Positions 55,310 to 63,906 of a stretch of 64,000 nucleotides of DNA are shown piece by piece (position 1 is the first letter of the stretch; each line of letters begins with the position of its first letter). The DNA is taken from contig CP060219.1 of assembly GCA_023898365.1 (NCBI GenBank), forward strand, positions 133,743-197,742. Reading direction: 5' to 3'. A program made the position numbers and the translations under genes. This DNA is from Candidatus Woesearchaeota archaeon (GTDB lineage Archaea > Nanobdellota > Nanobdellia > Woesearchaeales > GCA-023898365). The notes beneath the pieces were generated by a model. That model was given only the letters and a program-made list of their open reading frames with translations. It searched no databases and was not told the DNA's origin.

Positions 55310-55774
55310 TTACTCGCCTACCTCAATGTAAAAAGAAGGTCTCCAGATATGAACACGAGATTCTGATTGCTCACTAAGTTTTTGCGCGTCAGCATAAAAA
55401 ATTATCTTATGATAAGTATACTCAAGAGGTTTAGGATCATCAACACCTGAAAGTTGCACATCAAGACTGATCGAGTCTCCAGAGCCAAGATTATACCCGC
55501 CAAGACGTTTCAGAATGATGCCATCCTGATCAGTATACTCAAAATTGCTCACTTCATGATCAATTACAAAAGAATTATCCTCGCCATTTCCATTACTAGA
55601 TGACTTAGCTACGTGATACCAGACCTTCTGGCCGACAACAGGTTCTGCATTGTACAAAACACGCACATCCAACATGACATCAACAGGAATTACTCTTGAA
55701 TCAAGAAAACAACCAGAAAGAAAAAAACTACCCAAGAGCAAAAACAAAAGAATGAAAGCAGGAGTGAATTTCAC
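55310..55774 (-). CDS. Small secreted/lipoprotein-like protein
   Basis: 154 aa with a GTG start. 'FILLFLLLGSFFLSGC' is a lipobox-like Cys. Confidence 0.5.
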   Translation of the reverse strand: MKFTPAFILLFLLLGSFFLSGCFLDSRVIPVDVMLDVRVLYNAEPVVGQKVWYHVAKSSSNGNGEDNSFVIDHEVSNFEYTDQDGIILKRLGGYNLGSGDSISLDVQLSGVDDPKPLEYTYHKIIFYADAQKLSEQSESRVHIWRPSFYIEVGE

Positions 55775-55961
55775 ACCTTACCATATTCGTAACCATATAA
55801 ATAAGTTTCGATAAAAGAAGCTTTGAAAGAGAAAAAAAGAACAACAATCAAAGATGAGATTTCATGAAGGCAACCATGTCGTTTTCTGCCATGTTTACTA
55901 CCTCGTAAAGCACGGTTTTATTTAAACATCGGTCAGACAGCGCATTAGAATGTAATAAAAG

Positions 55962-56127
55962 TGCGGAGGAAAGTAACTTCATTAGCATTCAGGACCTTCC
56001 TGAGAAACACACAAGAAAAATAAATGCGGGGGAAGGTAACTTCATTAGCATTCAGGACCTTCCTGAGAAACAAACAAGAAAAATAAATGCGGGGGAAGGT
56101 AACTTCATTAGCATTCAGGACCTTCCC
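55962..56127 (-). repeat. 63-bp tandem repeat (2.6 copies), each copy starting with a 12-nt copy of the tRNA-Leu 3' end
   Basis: Copies lie at 55962-56024, 56025-56087 (3 mismatches between them) and 56088-56127 (identical to copy 2 over 40 nt). On the minus strand each unit reads GGAAGGT-19 nt-ACCTTCCCCCGCA followed by TTTATTTTTCTTG. Confidence 0.9.
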
Positions 56128-56175
56128 ACAATTGAGAAAATCCTAAAAACCAACGAAGCCCTTCAATCCGCATGA

Positions 56176-56312
56176 TGCGGGGGAAGGGATTCGAACCCTC
56201 GAACCTACTTAAGGACTAGATTCCTCAAAGGCGCAAACGATCCAAATGATAGTTTGCCTGCGTAAGCAGTTTCTTGAGTCTAGCGCATTTGACCAGACTT
56301 TGCTACCCCCGC
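56176..56312 (-). tRNA. tRNA-Leu (anticodon CAA), class II, with a 51-nt canonical intron; no encoded CCA
   Basis: I folded it by hand. Acceptor GCGGGGG/CCCCCGC. D-arm TAGCAAAGTCTGGTCAAATGC is archaeal Leu-like. Anticodon stem CTAGA/TCTAG with loop CTCAAG|A. It has a long variable arm and T-arm GAGGG-TTCGAAT-CCCTT. Confidence 0.9.
56222..56272 (-). other. tRNA-Leu intron at canonical 37/38
   Basis: The 51 nt lie between CTCAAG and ATCTAG. The intron 3' segment TTTGAG pairs with anticodon-loop CTCAAG, leaving a GA|A bulge as expected for a bulge-helix-bulge motif. Confidence 0.8.
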
Positions 56313-56372
56313 GCTAAGGAGAAGAAAACCTAGCTGGTTTTTTAAATGTGATGGTAAGAAAGAGAAAAAGAA

Positions 56373-56732
56373 TCAGAGATTTTTCAGTTTTTCATCAATC
56401 TCGGCAAGCGTTGCCTTTATCATTTCATAGTCTTCGCTTGGTCCTTTTTTGACAGCTAACTGTTTGGATTGTGCTGGCGCTAACTGTTTTTTCGCAGTTA
56501 CTGGTTTCTTTTCTCGTTTAATGCTTTTTTCTGGAAGCAATCCATCAAGTTTTTGCACAAGAAGAGTGAGCTCTTTGAGTTGCCCTTTCAAGTTCGAGAT
56601 TTGCAAAATTTTTTCTTTTCGCAAATTAAGTACTTTAACGTATCGCTGCATGTCTGAAAGAACAAGTTTTGATGTTTCTAAGGTTCGTCTGCGAAAAGAA
56701 TCCTTGTCCGCAATCGTTTTGTAGAGAGTCAT
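56373..56732 (-). CDS. Coiled-coil protein (third gene of a three-gene operon)
   Basis: 119 aa. ATGA overlap with the upstream gene. 'DMQRYVKVLNLRKEKILQISNLKGQLKEL...LLPEK' and a Lys-rich middle. Confidence 0.55.
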   Translation of the reverse strand: MTLYKTIADKDSFRRRTLETSKLVLSDMQRYVKVLNLRKEKILQISNLKGQLKELTLLVQKLDGLLPEKSIKREKKPVTAKKQLAPAQSKQLAVKKGPSEDYEMIKATLAEIDEKLKNL

Positions 56733-56950
56733 TTTTGTCCAGTTGAGAGCGCGTCATGGAGCGCTTGAATGCGTTCTTCAACAGTGCTAATATTTTCTGT
56801 CCAATTGTCCAGTTCGTCGTCTTCTTGACGTTTAAGGTCATTGATTGATTTGAGCGTTAGTTTTGCTTCGTTTACTTTTTCTTTAAGCACTGCTAGGATG
56901 CCAAGCACCTCTTTGTATTCATCTATTTTGATAAACGTTGGATTTTCCAT
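56729..56950 (-). CDS. Coiled-coil protein (second gene)
   Basis: 73 aa from the ATG at 56950 (the maximal ORF starts with TTG at 56989). 'MENPTFIKIDEYKEVLGILAVLKEKVNEAKLTLKSINDLK'. GAGGT lies upstream within the preceding stop region. Confidence 0.55.
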   Translation of the reverse strand: MENPTFIKIDEYKEVLGILAVLKEKVNEAKLTLKSINDLKRQEDDELDNWTENISTVEERIQALHDALSTGQK

Positions 56951-56954
56951 AGTT

Positions 56955-58043
56955 TTAACCTCGTTCAAACAAGCGGCTATCAATTGCAAGAAGTTTTTCT
57001 TGCACCTCGTTCATTTTGTCATACCAAGATTGCATTGCGTTATTGAGTTTGCTATACTTCAAAATATACCCGTCTATGCGTCGAAACTGCTTGGAAACGT
57101 GTTGTTTGACATTGTCCACATCATGAAGAAAGTCGTGGTATTCCCATTTTTCTACAAACACGCCTTCGTCGTCTTGCACCAAGGATTGTTCTGCGATTGG
57201 AAGATCATTTTTTGCAATAAGCGTTGGGGGAACAAATGCTGGCAGTTCTTCTGATGGCGCAACATCTTGTCCGAAGTCAGGAAGCACAGAAAGATCATCT
57301 GCTTCTTTCACCGGTTCAGGTTTCACCTCATCTTCAGGTCGGACTTGAATAGGTAAATCAATTCCTTCATCAAGATTAAGATCTGCAATGTCTTTTGTTA
57401 AATCATCATCAAACTCAGGCATTTCTTCAGATTCTTTTTCAGGAACCACTTCTTTTTTGGGAAGTGATGGGCTTACCAAGGAAACATCATCAGATTCCGG
57501 AGTAGTATCCGTACTGCGTCTTCCAAACATTGAAGGTTCGTCAGTAGCATCTTGCAGTACAAAATCTTTTTCTGCATCTTGCATGGCCGTGTCAGGAAGC
57601 ACTTCTTGGCCAATAATGCTCTCTTCATCAGATGATCCTTTCGCTCCGACAACGGTTGGCGTCATAAGTTCTCCTTCTTCATCTTGCAGTTGTCCAAAAT
57701 TTCTTGAAGGAGGAGGAGCTTGCAAAGTAGATTTCTTTTCTGTTGCTCCAGGCAAAAGGTCTGAATGATCATGTGAAGGGGCATCTGAAAAGAATGAATC
57801 TTCTGAAGAAGCATCAGATTGTTCTTCACCATCAACCTCTTGTTTTGTTGCTAGAGAGGAAACGGGAGATGGCTTCGCACTCGCAGCTGAAAACGCTGAA
57901 GGAATTTCTTGCAAAGGAGGCTCTTGAGAAGGAGCGGGCACACTCTTCATCGTAGGTGGTGGCGGAACAGCCAAATCACCAGAACTTGTTTCAAGCAGAG
58001 GGTTAACGTCCTCTGGCTTTTTCTTTCTACTAAATAATCCCAA
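56955..58043 (-). CDS. Protein with basic amphipathic N-terminus, about 270-aa acidic/Pro-rich disordered region and C-terminal coiled-coil domain (first gene)
   Basis: The maximal ORF reaches the ATG at 58193 but would overlap aCPSF2 by 70 nt. A TTG at 58043 follows GAGGTG (58052-57) and TATA-like TATATAAATA (58081-90), giving (M)GLFSRKKKPEDVNPLL... The C-terminus is 'VFVEKWEYHDFLHDVDNVKQH...'. Confidence 0.55.
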   Translation of the reverse strand: MGLFSRKKKPEDVNPLLETSSGDLAVPPPPTMKSVPAPSQEPPLQEIPSAFSAASAKPSPVSSLATKQEVDGEEQSDASSEDSFFSDAPSHDHSDLLPGATEKKSTLQAPPPSRNFGQLQDEEGELMTPTVVGAKGSSDEESIIGQEVLPDTAMQDAEKDFVLQDATDEPSMFGRRSTDTTPESDDVSLVSPSLPKKEVVPEKESEEMPEFDDDLTKDIADLNLDEGIDLPIQVRPEDEVKPEPVKEADDLSVLPDFGQDVAPSEELPAFVPPTLIAKNDLPIAEQSLVQDDEGVFVEKWEYHDFLHDVDNVKQHVSKQFRRIDGYILKYSKLNNAMQSWYDKMNEVQEKLLAIDSRLFERG

Positions 58044-58123
58044 AAATCCTACACCTCTAATCTTTGTTTTATCTAAACAGTATTTATATACTTTTCTGTT
58101 TAGAAAAAAATATTTTTTGTCAT

Positions 58124-59413
58124 TCAAAACGTAATGGTTTCCCCAATTGAAGGGCCCATTACCGTTGTTTGTGGCAACGCTTTCTTTCCCCATGCAAGCA
58201 TGGCTTCAATTGCTTCAGGATCTCCATGCTGCACAATAAGCTTTTTTGGATTGATGCTTTCAATAAATGCATGTAAATGATTTTGATCTGCATGACCTGA
58301 AAACATGAATTGTTTCACATCACAGTCAACTTGGGTTTTCCAACCTTTTAGGTAAATTGCACGTTCTTCGAGAAGCATTCTTCCTTGGCATCGATGGCAT
58401 TGATAGCCTGTTAAGAAGATTGCTGATTTCGGATCATGCCAAATATGTTTTATGTAATGAATAACCGGGCCTCCTTGCACCATACCTGATGTCGAGACAA
58501 AAATTCCTGGTCTTGTTGCAGCATAATTTCTTCGTTTTTCACTTGAAACAAAACGCACCTTTGAAAACATTTCTTTTAATGCAGGCCTTCCTTGGAGATG
58601 CCGTTCAGAATTTCTTAGAACTGTTTTGGTTATTTTAGTGGCCATTCCATCAAAATACACAGGAACATCCCATTTTGCGCGAGAGAGAATTATGAGAATG
58701 TCTTGCGCTCGTCCAACGGCAAAAACAGGAATAACGACGCGCCCACCATTTTTTACAACACGTTCAACTTCGCTCAAAAACTCTTCAGCAAGTTGGGCCT
58801 TCTCTGGTAGAGGCCTGTTTCCATAGGTTGATTCAGTTATCATAATATCAATTGGTGGAAGATGCGCATCAGCAGGCGCCATGAGAAGTTGTTTTCCAGG
58901 ATTAAAATCACCCGTGTAGAGAATATTCTTCCCTTCGGTTTGAAGCAAGAGCATGCCAGCACCAGGTATGTGTCCTGCGTTATAAAAACTGAATGCATCT
59001 CCTCGATGTTCGTATTGCGTGCCAAGACGTACAGGTTTAACATATAAGGAGATTTTTCGCAGATCTAAACTATCATATGCTGGATGCAAATGTTTGATGC
59101 GAGCTATCTTGTAAGAATCTTTGAGAAGAATTTTTATCAAACCCCACGTTTGTGGCGTCATGTAGAAAGGAAATTTTACTTTTTTTGCAGAAAGTTCATG
59201 CACAAGAAGTGGAAGTCCTCCTGAATGATCAAGATGAGCGTGGCTCAAAAACAACGCACTTACTTGTTCAGGATCTTTGAGTCCTTCAGGATAATCATAC
59301 CCTGACGAACTGAATTTGATTCCGTAATCGAACAAATATCTATTCTTTGATCGTAACTCAATACAACTACGGCCTACTTCATTAGCTGCGCCATGAAAAA
59401 CCAACTCACCCAT
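58124..59413 (-). CDS. beta-CASP metallo-beta-lactamase ribonuclease, aCPSF2-like (no KH domains)
   Basis: 429 aa. 'FLSHAHLDHSGGLP', 'NAGHIPGA', C-terminal 'FSGHAD'. TATA-like ACATATAAAT (59435-59444) is centred about 27 nt upstream of the ATG. Confidence 0.85.
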   Translation of the reverse strand: MGELVFHGAANEVGRSCIELRSKNRYLFDYGIKFSSSGYDYPEGLKDPEQVSALFLSHAHLDHSGGLPLLVHELSAKKVKFPFYMTPQTWGLIKILLKDSYKIARIKHLHPAYDSLDLRKISLYVKPVRLGTQYEHRGDAFSFYNAGHIPGAGMLLLQTEGKNILYTGDFNPGKQLLMAPADAHLPPIDIMITESTYGNRPLPEKAQLAEEFLSEVERVVKNGGRVVIPVFAVGRAQDILIILSRAKWDVPVYFDGMATKITKTVLRNSERHLQGRPALKEMFSKVRFVSSEKRRNYAATRPGIFVSTSGMVQGGPVIHYIKHIWHDPKSAIFLTGYQCHRCQGRMLLEERAIYLKGWKTQVDCDVKQFMFSGHADQNHLHAFIESINPKKLIVQHGDPEAIEAMLAWGKKALPQTTVMGPSIGETITF

Positions 59414-59567
59414 ACCTTCACTTATCGCGCAGCAATTTATATGTGTTGCGATTATGAAAAAAAGATAGTAAGTGATTCCGAAAACTTAGTTCATTTCGGA
59501 TACGTCAAGAAATATTTCAGAGTTCTTACAAGAAAATTATCAAAGAATGGTTGCGCCAAGAGAGACT

Positions 59568-61253
59568 ATGAAAAAAACCCAGATAGTGTTCATTATCATC
59601 CTCGGGTGCTGTATGATAAGTTCCTTCGCCAGTTCTTGCAATGAAAACATGACAGGATGTTTTGACGTAGAACTAACACTCCACCAAACAGAACCAGTAC
59701 TTAACACAACATACACGAATTTATTTCGATTGGAAAATTTAGATCATGAACAAGGAGTGGAAGAACAACTACGCATTTTTGTAACCTATAATGTATCATG
59801 GCATAACGAAACGTACAATAATTCATTTCTCAAGACAATCAACTCCTATTCAACGACCGGAACAGGAACGTTTACGTTTTCTGCAAACACAAGCCATCTT
59901 CTCTGCGGCGAAATCAGAAACATTTCACAAAACGGAGAGCAGATTAGTGATCCCCACCCGGAAAATAATGTTCTTTGCACCGCAATTGTTTTCGATAACA
60001 CCAGTAATGCAACGGTCAACGAAACAGGTAACGCAACAAACGAGTCTGAAGAAGGAGTTTGCAATCAATCAGTACGTTTCCTCGTTTTGCAGGCGCTAAG
60101 CAATCACAGTTTTCAATTTAAACCAATAATTTCTGCAGAACAACATTGGACGCTCACCTATTGGATAGAAGATCTTGATGGTGTCATATTCAAACAACCT
60201 ATGAACACAACAAACACGAACTGGAAATCATTTACTCCCAGCTCAAGTGTTACGGGAGAAAAAATATTCAGGCTTTACGGACGTCTCAACACAACGTGTG
60301 CACAAACAGAAAACTCAACGTTTCTTTTGCTCAAAAGAGCGCAAGAAGAAAATGAAGAATCATCAGAAAGTGAATGCGTAGAAGATGAAGAAGAACAACA
60401 AGAATCAGCATTGTCATTTACCGCATTACCTGAGGAAATAATTGCAGGATCGACAATTTCGATAAAAGTCAAGGCATACCGAGGAAATACGCTCAAAAGG
60501 AAAGTGACGTTGAGAGGTCCTGGCAATCAAATGAGTTTTTTGATTAACGACAAATATGCTGAAACAGAAGTGACCATTCCCTTCACTATTGAGAAGAGTT
60601 GTTCACTCGAAGAAGGACCAGTTGATTTTATCCTTTCAGGTCTTGACGAAGAAAAAATTATTACCGCGCAGCTTTTCAGACCAACTCAAGATGAGTGCCA
60701 ACCAGCAGAAACGAATGCGACTACCAGCTCACCAAGTCAAAATAGCATTGCAAGTTTTTATACGCGAAAGAAAAAATATGCGCCGCACATAAATTTTTCC
60801 TATCGTCTTGAGCAAGAGTCAAACGACAGCTCAATACTACTTATCATTCCACATCTCCTTCTCAATACAACGACAAATGTGCCTGCTAAGCCAGGCAACA
60901 ACACCGTTTTTTTTCTGCTTAAAGAAGGAGAAGACATAATTGATTTTTTTGAATATCAGTATTTTCTTGAAGATGATTCGCTTAGTCTTGGCGAAAGTGA
61001 AGATCAAAAAGAATCCGAATCCGACTCGTCGAACAACACTCAACGTGAAGACAGTGATCGTTCTCCGCTTACTGGTTTAACCATTTCAGTTCCAAAGAAT
61101 GAGGGGAAGAAAGTAATCGCAATTAGTGTTTTAATCATGCTCGGCATAGCAACATTCGCTGTTGCGCTCATCAAACGAAAGAACATTATTTACGCGGTAC
61201 AACATAGTAGCTTTTATCTTCATAAGAAGAATTCAAAGGATGGAAAGGGTTGA
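59568..61253 (+). CDS. Sequon-rich type I membrane surface protein
   Basis: The ATG at 59568 gives 'MKKTQIVFIIILGCCMISSFASS' (maximal ORF starts at 59547). It has many N-x-S/T sequons and a C-terminal TM 'VIAISVLIMLGIATFAVALI'. Confidence 0.65.
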   Translation: MKKTQIVFIIILGCCMISSFASSCNENMTGCFDVELTLHQTEPVLNTTYTNLFRLENLDHEQGVEEQLRIFVTYNVSWHNETYNNSFLKTINSYSTTGTGTFTFSANTSHLLCGEIRNISQNGEQISDPHPENNVLCTAIVFDNTSNATVNETGNATNESEEGVCNQSVRFLVLQALSNHSFQFKPIISAEQHWTLTYWIEDLDGVIFKQPMNTTNTNWKSFTPSSSVTGEKIFRLYGRLNTTCAQTENSTFLLLKRAQEENEESSESECVEDEEEQQESALSFTALPEEIIAGSTISIKVKAYRGNTLKRKVTLRGPGNQMSFLINDKYAETEVTIPFTIEKSCSLEEGPVDFILSGLDEEKIITAQLFRPTQDECQPAETNATTSSPSQNSIASFYTRKKKYAPHINFSYRLEQESNDSSILLIIPHLLLNTTTNVPAKPGNNTVFFLLKEGEDIIDFFEYQYFLEDDSLSLGESEDQKESESDSSNNTQREDSDRSPLTGLTISVPKNEGKKVIAISVLIMLGIATFAVALIKRKNIIYAVQHSSFYLHKKNSKDGKG

Positions 61254-63906
61254 GTTCAAGATGAGTATTTGTTGAAACGTCAATCATTCTTCGCCACACT
61301 TCTTGTGACACGTCAGGAGACATCGGATAGGATTGTTCGAGGAGGCCATGATATGCTTGAGAAGTAAACAGCAATTGCCCCACATTAAATCCTGAAAAAA
61401 CTGCACCTTTTCCTCTACGAGAATATCTGCGTAGATCTGATTGACCTCGTTCACTTGAAACATTTAAGAAACCAATATTCCCTCCAAGTCCAAGAACAAA
61501 ATTTGCTTCTCGCGTATCACCACCAATATCTGCAGTGCCCGATTTCCCCCACAACAATTCTTCCCCTGCTTGATCGGTTAAAAAAACGCCAGTTGGCCAC
61601 GTTCGAAGACGCTGCCTCCACTCAGCTCGGTCTTTCTCAGATGGTGCAATAAGTGAATTTGGAGGCAATCCTTCGTAACCATATGAATAAGGAACAATCC
61701 TCGCATATGCTTGCGTTGCAGAAGCTGCAAAGGGTGAAAGCCCTCCATGAGGACTTATAGCCCGCTCAACAAAGACCGTGTCAGCACTACCGTTTGAAAC
61801 AACAAGTTTCGAAAACCAGCGAAGACCTGGAACTTCAATTGGTGCAGCTCCTTCGAATAGTACTTTGTTTGTTGTCAGCGCACCATGGTTTTGAAACATT
61901 AACAGGTAGGTAAGCGCATCATCAATATGAAGGGGCACTGCGCCAAGAATAGTTGCGTCAATCTTTGGATCTAATTGGTGTGATCGAGAAAATCCGATAC
62001 GCTCATTCCAAAATGAAGCAAGTTCTTCAGTGATAGTTGGCCTGCCTTCTTCTCTTCGTGCATTGTTTCCAATATTAAGAAGATTGACAAAATAGCGGTT
62101 TATTGACTTGCCAAGCGCAAAACTAAAATCGACAAGACCCCAATATTTATTTTTAAAATTTTTTATAGGAGGAGAAAATACGGGTCTTCCTTTCCAGTTA
62201 ATTCGTTTGTAGCGAACAGGATTAACGGGCGTGTCAGAAAAAATTTCTCTATCAAGTCCTTCTTCGATAAAGAAAGGAGCGTAGAGAAGCTTGCAAATAC
62301 TTCCAATTTGCCTTGGTTCATCAAACGAATGACCAGTTGCTTTTCCTCGGGTATTACTAAAAGCGGCAATGACATCGCCTTGTCTGCTTGCAACAATTCC
62401 CGTGAGATTAGGATCATCATCAATCGATAAGAGCGTGTCAAGAGATCCGAAGAGGCGAGGAACAAGCGTCTGTTGTTGATAAGGAAAATTTGTCAACGTC
62501 GTATGCACAGCAAGGTTTCTTGCAAGCAATTCTTCTCCCGTTTGTTTTGAAAGGTAACGCAAAATTTCACTTGCACGAGCATAGAGTGTGTTTTTTAACG
62601 CAATAGCGCCAGCGTTTTCCAAAGGTGCAGGTTTGCGGCCAGCAATTGAACTTGCAAACGAAAGAGATGAAGGAGGAGTAATACCATTTCCTTCAAGCGT
62701 TGGAGCAATTCTATAATGAAAATCATCTTGAAACAATTGTGCGAGAGAATCAACATATGCTTGCTGCGTGTTTGGTTCTCCTAAAAATCCTTCTGAATTA
62801 ATCGAAGGTTTGTTTGTTGAGGTGAGAAGCATCATCATTTCTGTTTCTGAAAGTGGCGAAGTGCGACCAAAATGGTGTAAAGATGCTGCGGCAAGGCCTC
62901 TTGAAAAAACACCTCTGTCAAGGCCAAACGGGATGTTATTAAGCGCGAGTTCGAGTAAGCGATACTTAATTACTTCTCTTACTTGTCTTTCAGGAAGCGT
63001 TGCTGCAAATGTTCGCTCCGCATCAGAAAAGAGGGGTGTTGTGGAAGGGTCAGCTACAAGAACAGAACGCGTAATTTCCTCAAGTTTTCTACCATAATCT
63101 CGTTCAAATTGTTTGTCGTCGCCAAGACGCATGAGTTGTTGCACAATAGTGCTGCTTCCTTTTGGAGATCCTGGTTTACTATCACTTCGCAGACCTCGAA
63201 CTAAGGAAGGCAAATCAATTCCGAAAAGCGAATATCCTTCGACCCCCTCCCAGTAATTCAAGAATTGAAGAACTTCAGAAGGCCTATACGTGGTGGTGTC
63301 TTGATGCCACGCACCTTTTTCAAAAAATTGTGAGTAAAATCCTGGAAGTACCTTCCCCTCTGAATCGCGAAGAACGGTAAGCGAATCTGGCAAGAAAATA
63401 GGAGGAGGAGTTCTATTTCGAAACATTTCTTTGCCTTGCACATCATAGACAATGAATTGTCGATTATGAGCAAATCCTTGCAAAGAAGCGATTTGATCCT
63501 CAAGAGAGTGTTCGTGAAGTTCCCTTTCAATACTCTGCGATAGCGCGTCCCAATCATGACCTTTGCGTTCAAGCACCACATCAATTCCTTTGAAAAGAGC
63601 TTGTTGGGTGAGTCCTAGACCTTCGTTTTTCCCTCCAAACCGCGCCACAAATGCTGCTGCAACGTTATCGTTACCTGATCGAAGGACAGCAGTTCCTACC
63701 TCTTGAACAAGTGACCGATAAGGAACGTGTGCAAGGGAGACGCCTATTGCAGATCCTGCGGCAAGAAGAGAAGCTGTTTTGAGAAGAGAGCGACGTTTTC
63801 GCGGAGCTCGTTCCTTGCTTGGAGAACCTTCTTTATTGAAATCTATCGTATAGAGTGGATCCTTCACAGATCCTTCTAAAGAGGGTTTAGAATCAGGCGC
63901 AACCAT
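61186..63906 (-). CDS. Class A penicillin-binding-protein-like bifunctional protein (GT51 glycosyltransferase + acyl-serine transpeptidase) with a Tat-like signal
   Basis: 906 aa. Tat-like signal 'RKRRSLLKTASLLAAGSAIGVSLA'. GT51 motifs 'EGVEGYSLFGID', 'KGSSTIVQQ', 'RKLEE', 'RLLELALNNIPFG..RGLAAASLHHFG'. Transpeptidase motifs SxxK 'GSICK', SxN 'KSINR', KSG 'GKSGTA'. TATA-like CATATATAAA (63929-63938) is centred about 27 nt upstream of the ATG. Confidence 0.8.
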   Translation of the reverse strand: MVAPDSKPSLEGSVKDPLYTIDFNKEGSPSKERAPRKRRSLLKTASLLAAGSAIGVSLAHVPYRSLVQEVGTAVLRSGNDNVAAAFVARFGGKNEGLGLTQQALFKGIDVVLERKGHDWDALSQSIERELHEHSLEDQIASLQGFAHNRQFIVYDVQGKEMFRNRTPPPIFLPDSLTVLRDSEGKVLPGFYSQFFEKGAWHQDTTTYRPSEVLQFLNYWEGVEGYSLFGIDLPSLVRGLRSDSKPGSPKGSSTIVQQLMRLGDDKQFERDYGRKLEEITRSVLVADPSTTPLFSDAERTFAATLPERQVREVIKYRLLELALNNIPFGLDRGVFSRGLAAASLHHFGRTSPLSETEMMMLLTSTNKPSINSEGFLGEPNTQQAYVDSLAQLFQDDFHYRIAPTLEGNGITPPSSLSFASSIAGRKPAPLENAGAIALKNTLYARASEILRYLSKQTGEELLARNLAVHTTLTNFPYQQQTLVPRLFGSLDTLLSIDDDPNLTGIVASRQGDVIAAFSNTRGKATGHSFDEPRQIGSICKLLYAPFFIEEGLDREIFSDTPVNPVRYKRINWKGRPVFSPPIKNFKNKYWGLVDFSFALGKSINRYFVNLLNIGNNARREEGRPTITEELASFWNERIGFSRSHQLDPKIDATILGAVPLHIDDALTYLLMFQNHGALTTNKVLFEGAAPIEVPGLRWFSKLVVSNGSADTVFVERAISPHGGLSPFAASATQAYARIVPYSYGYEGLPPNSLIAPSEKDRAEWRQRLRTWPTGVFLTDQAGEELLWGKSGTADIGGDTREANFVLGLGGNIGFLNVSSERGQSDLRRYSRRGKGAVFSGFNVGQLLFTSQAYHGLLEQSYPMSPDVSQEVWRRMIDVSTNTHLELNPFHPLNSSYEDKSYYVVPRK

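Noticed and set aside
55962-56127. Possible CRISPR array (regularly spaced repeats).
   Set aside because: There are only 2.6 units. The 'spacers' between the hairpin cores are nearly identical to each other, so this is a plain 63-bp tandem repeat. No cas genes are in the window.
55775-56372. Integrated mobile element at the tRNA-Leu gene.
   Set aside because: No integrase, transposase or phage-like ORF lies anywhere nearby. The flanking genes are a lipoprotein-like ORF and the coiled-coil operon. The duplicated tRNA segment is only 12 nt and the units are 63 bp apart. I kept it only as one hypothesis for the repeat's origin.
58044-58193. ATG-initiated 50-aa N-terminal extension of the 412-aa ORF.
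   Set aside because: It overlaps the aCPSF2 C-terminus by 70 nt and then reads through an AT-rich promoter-like segment containing TATATAAATA. I prefer the TTG at 58043 with GAGGTG upstream, but this remains unproven.
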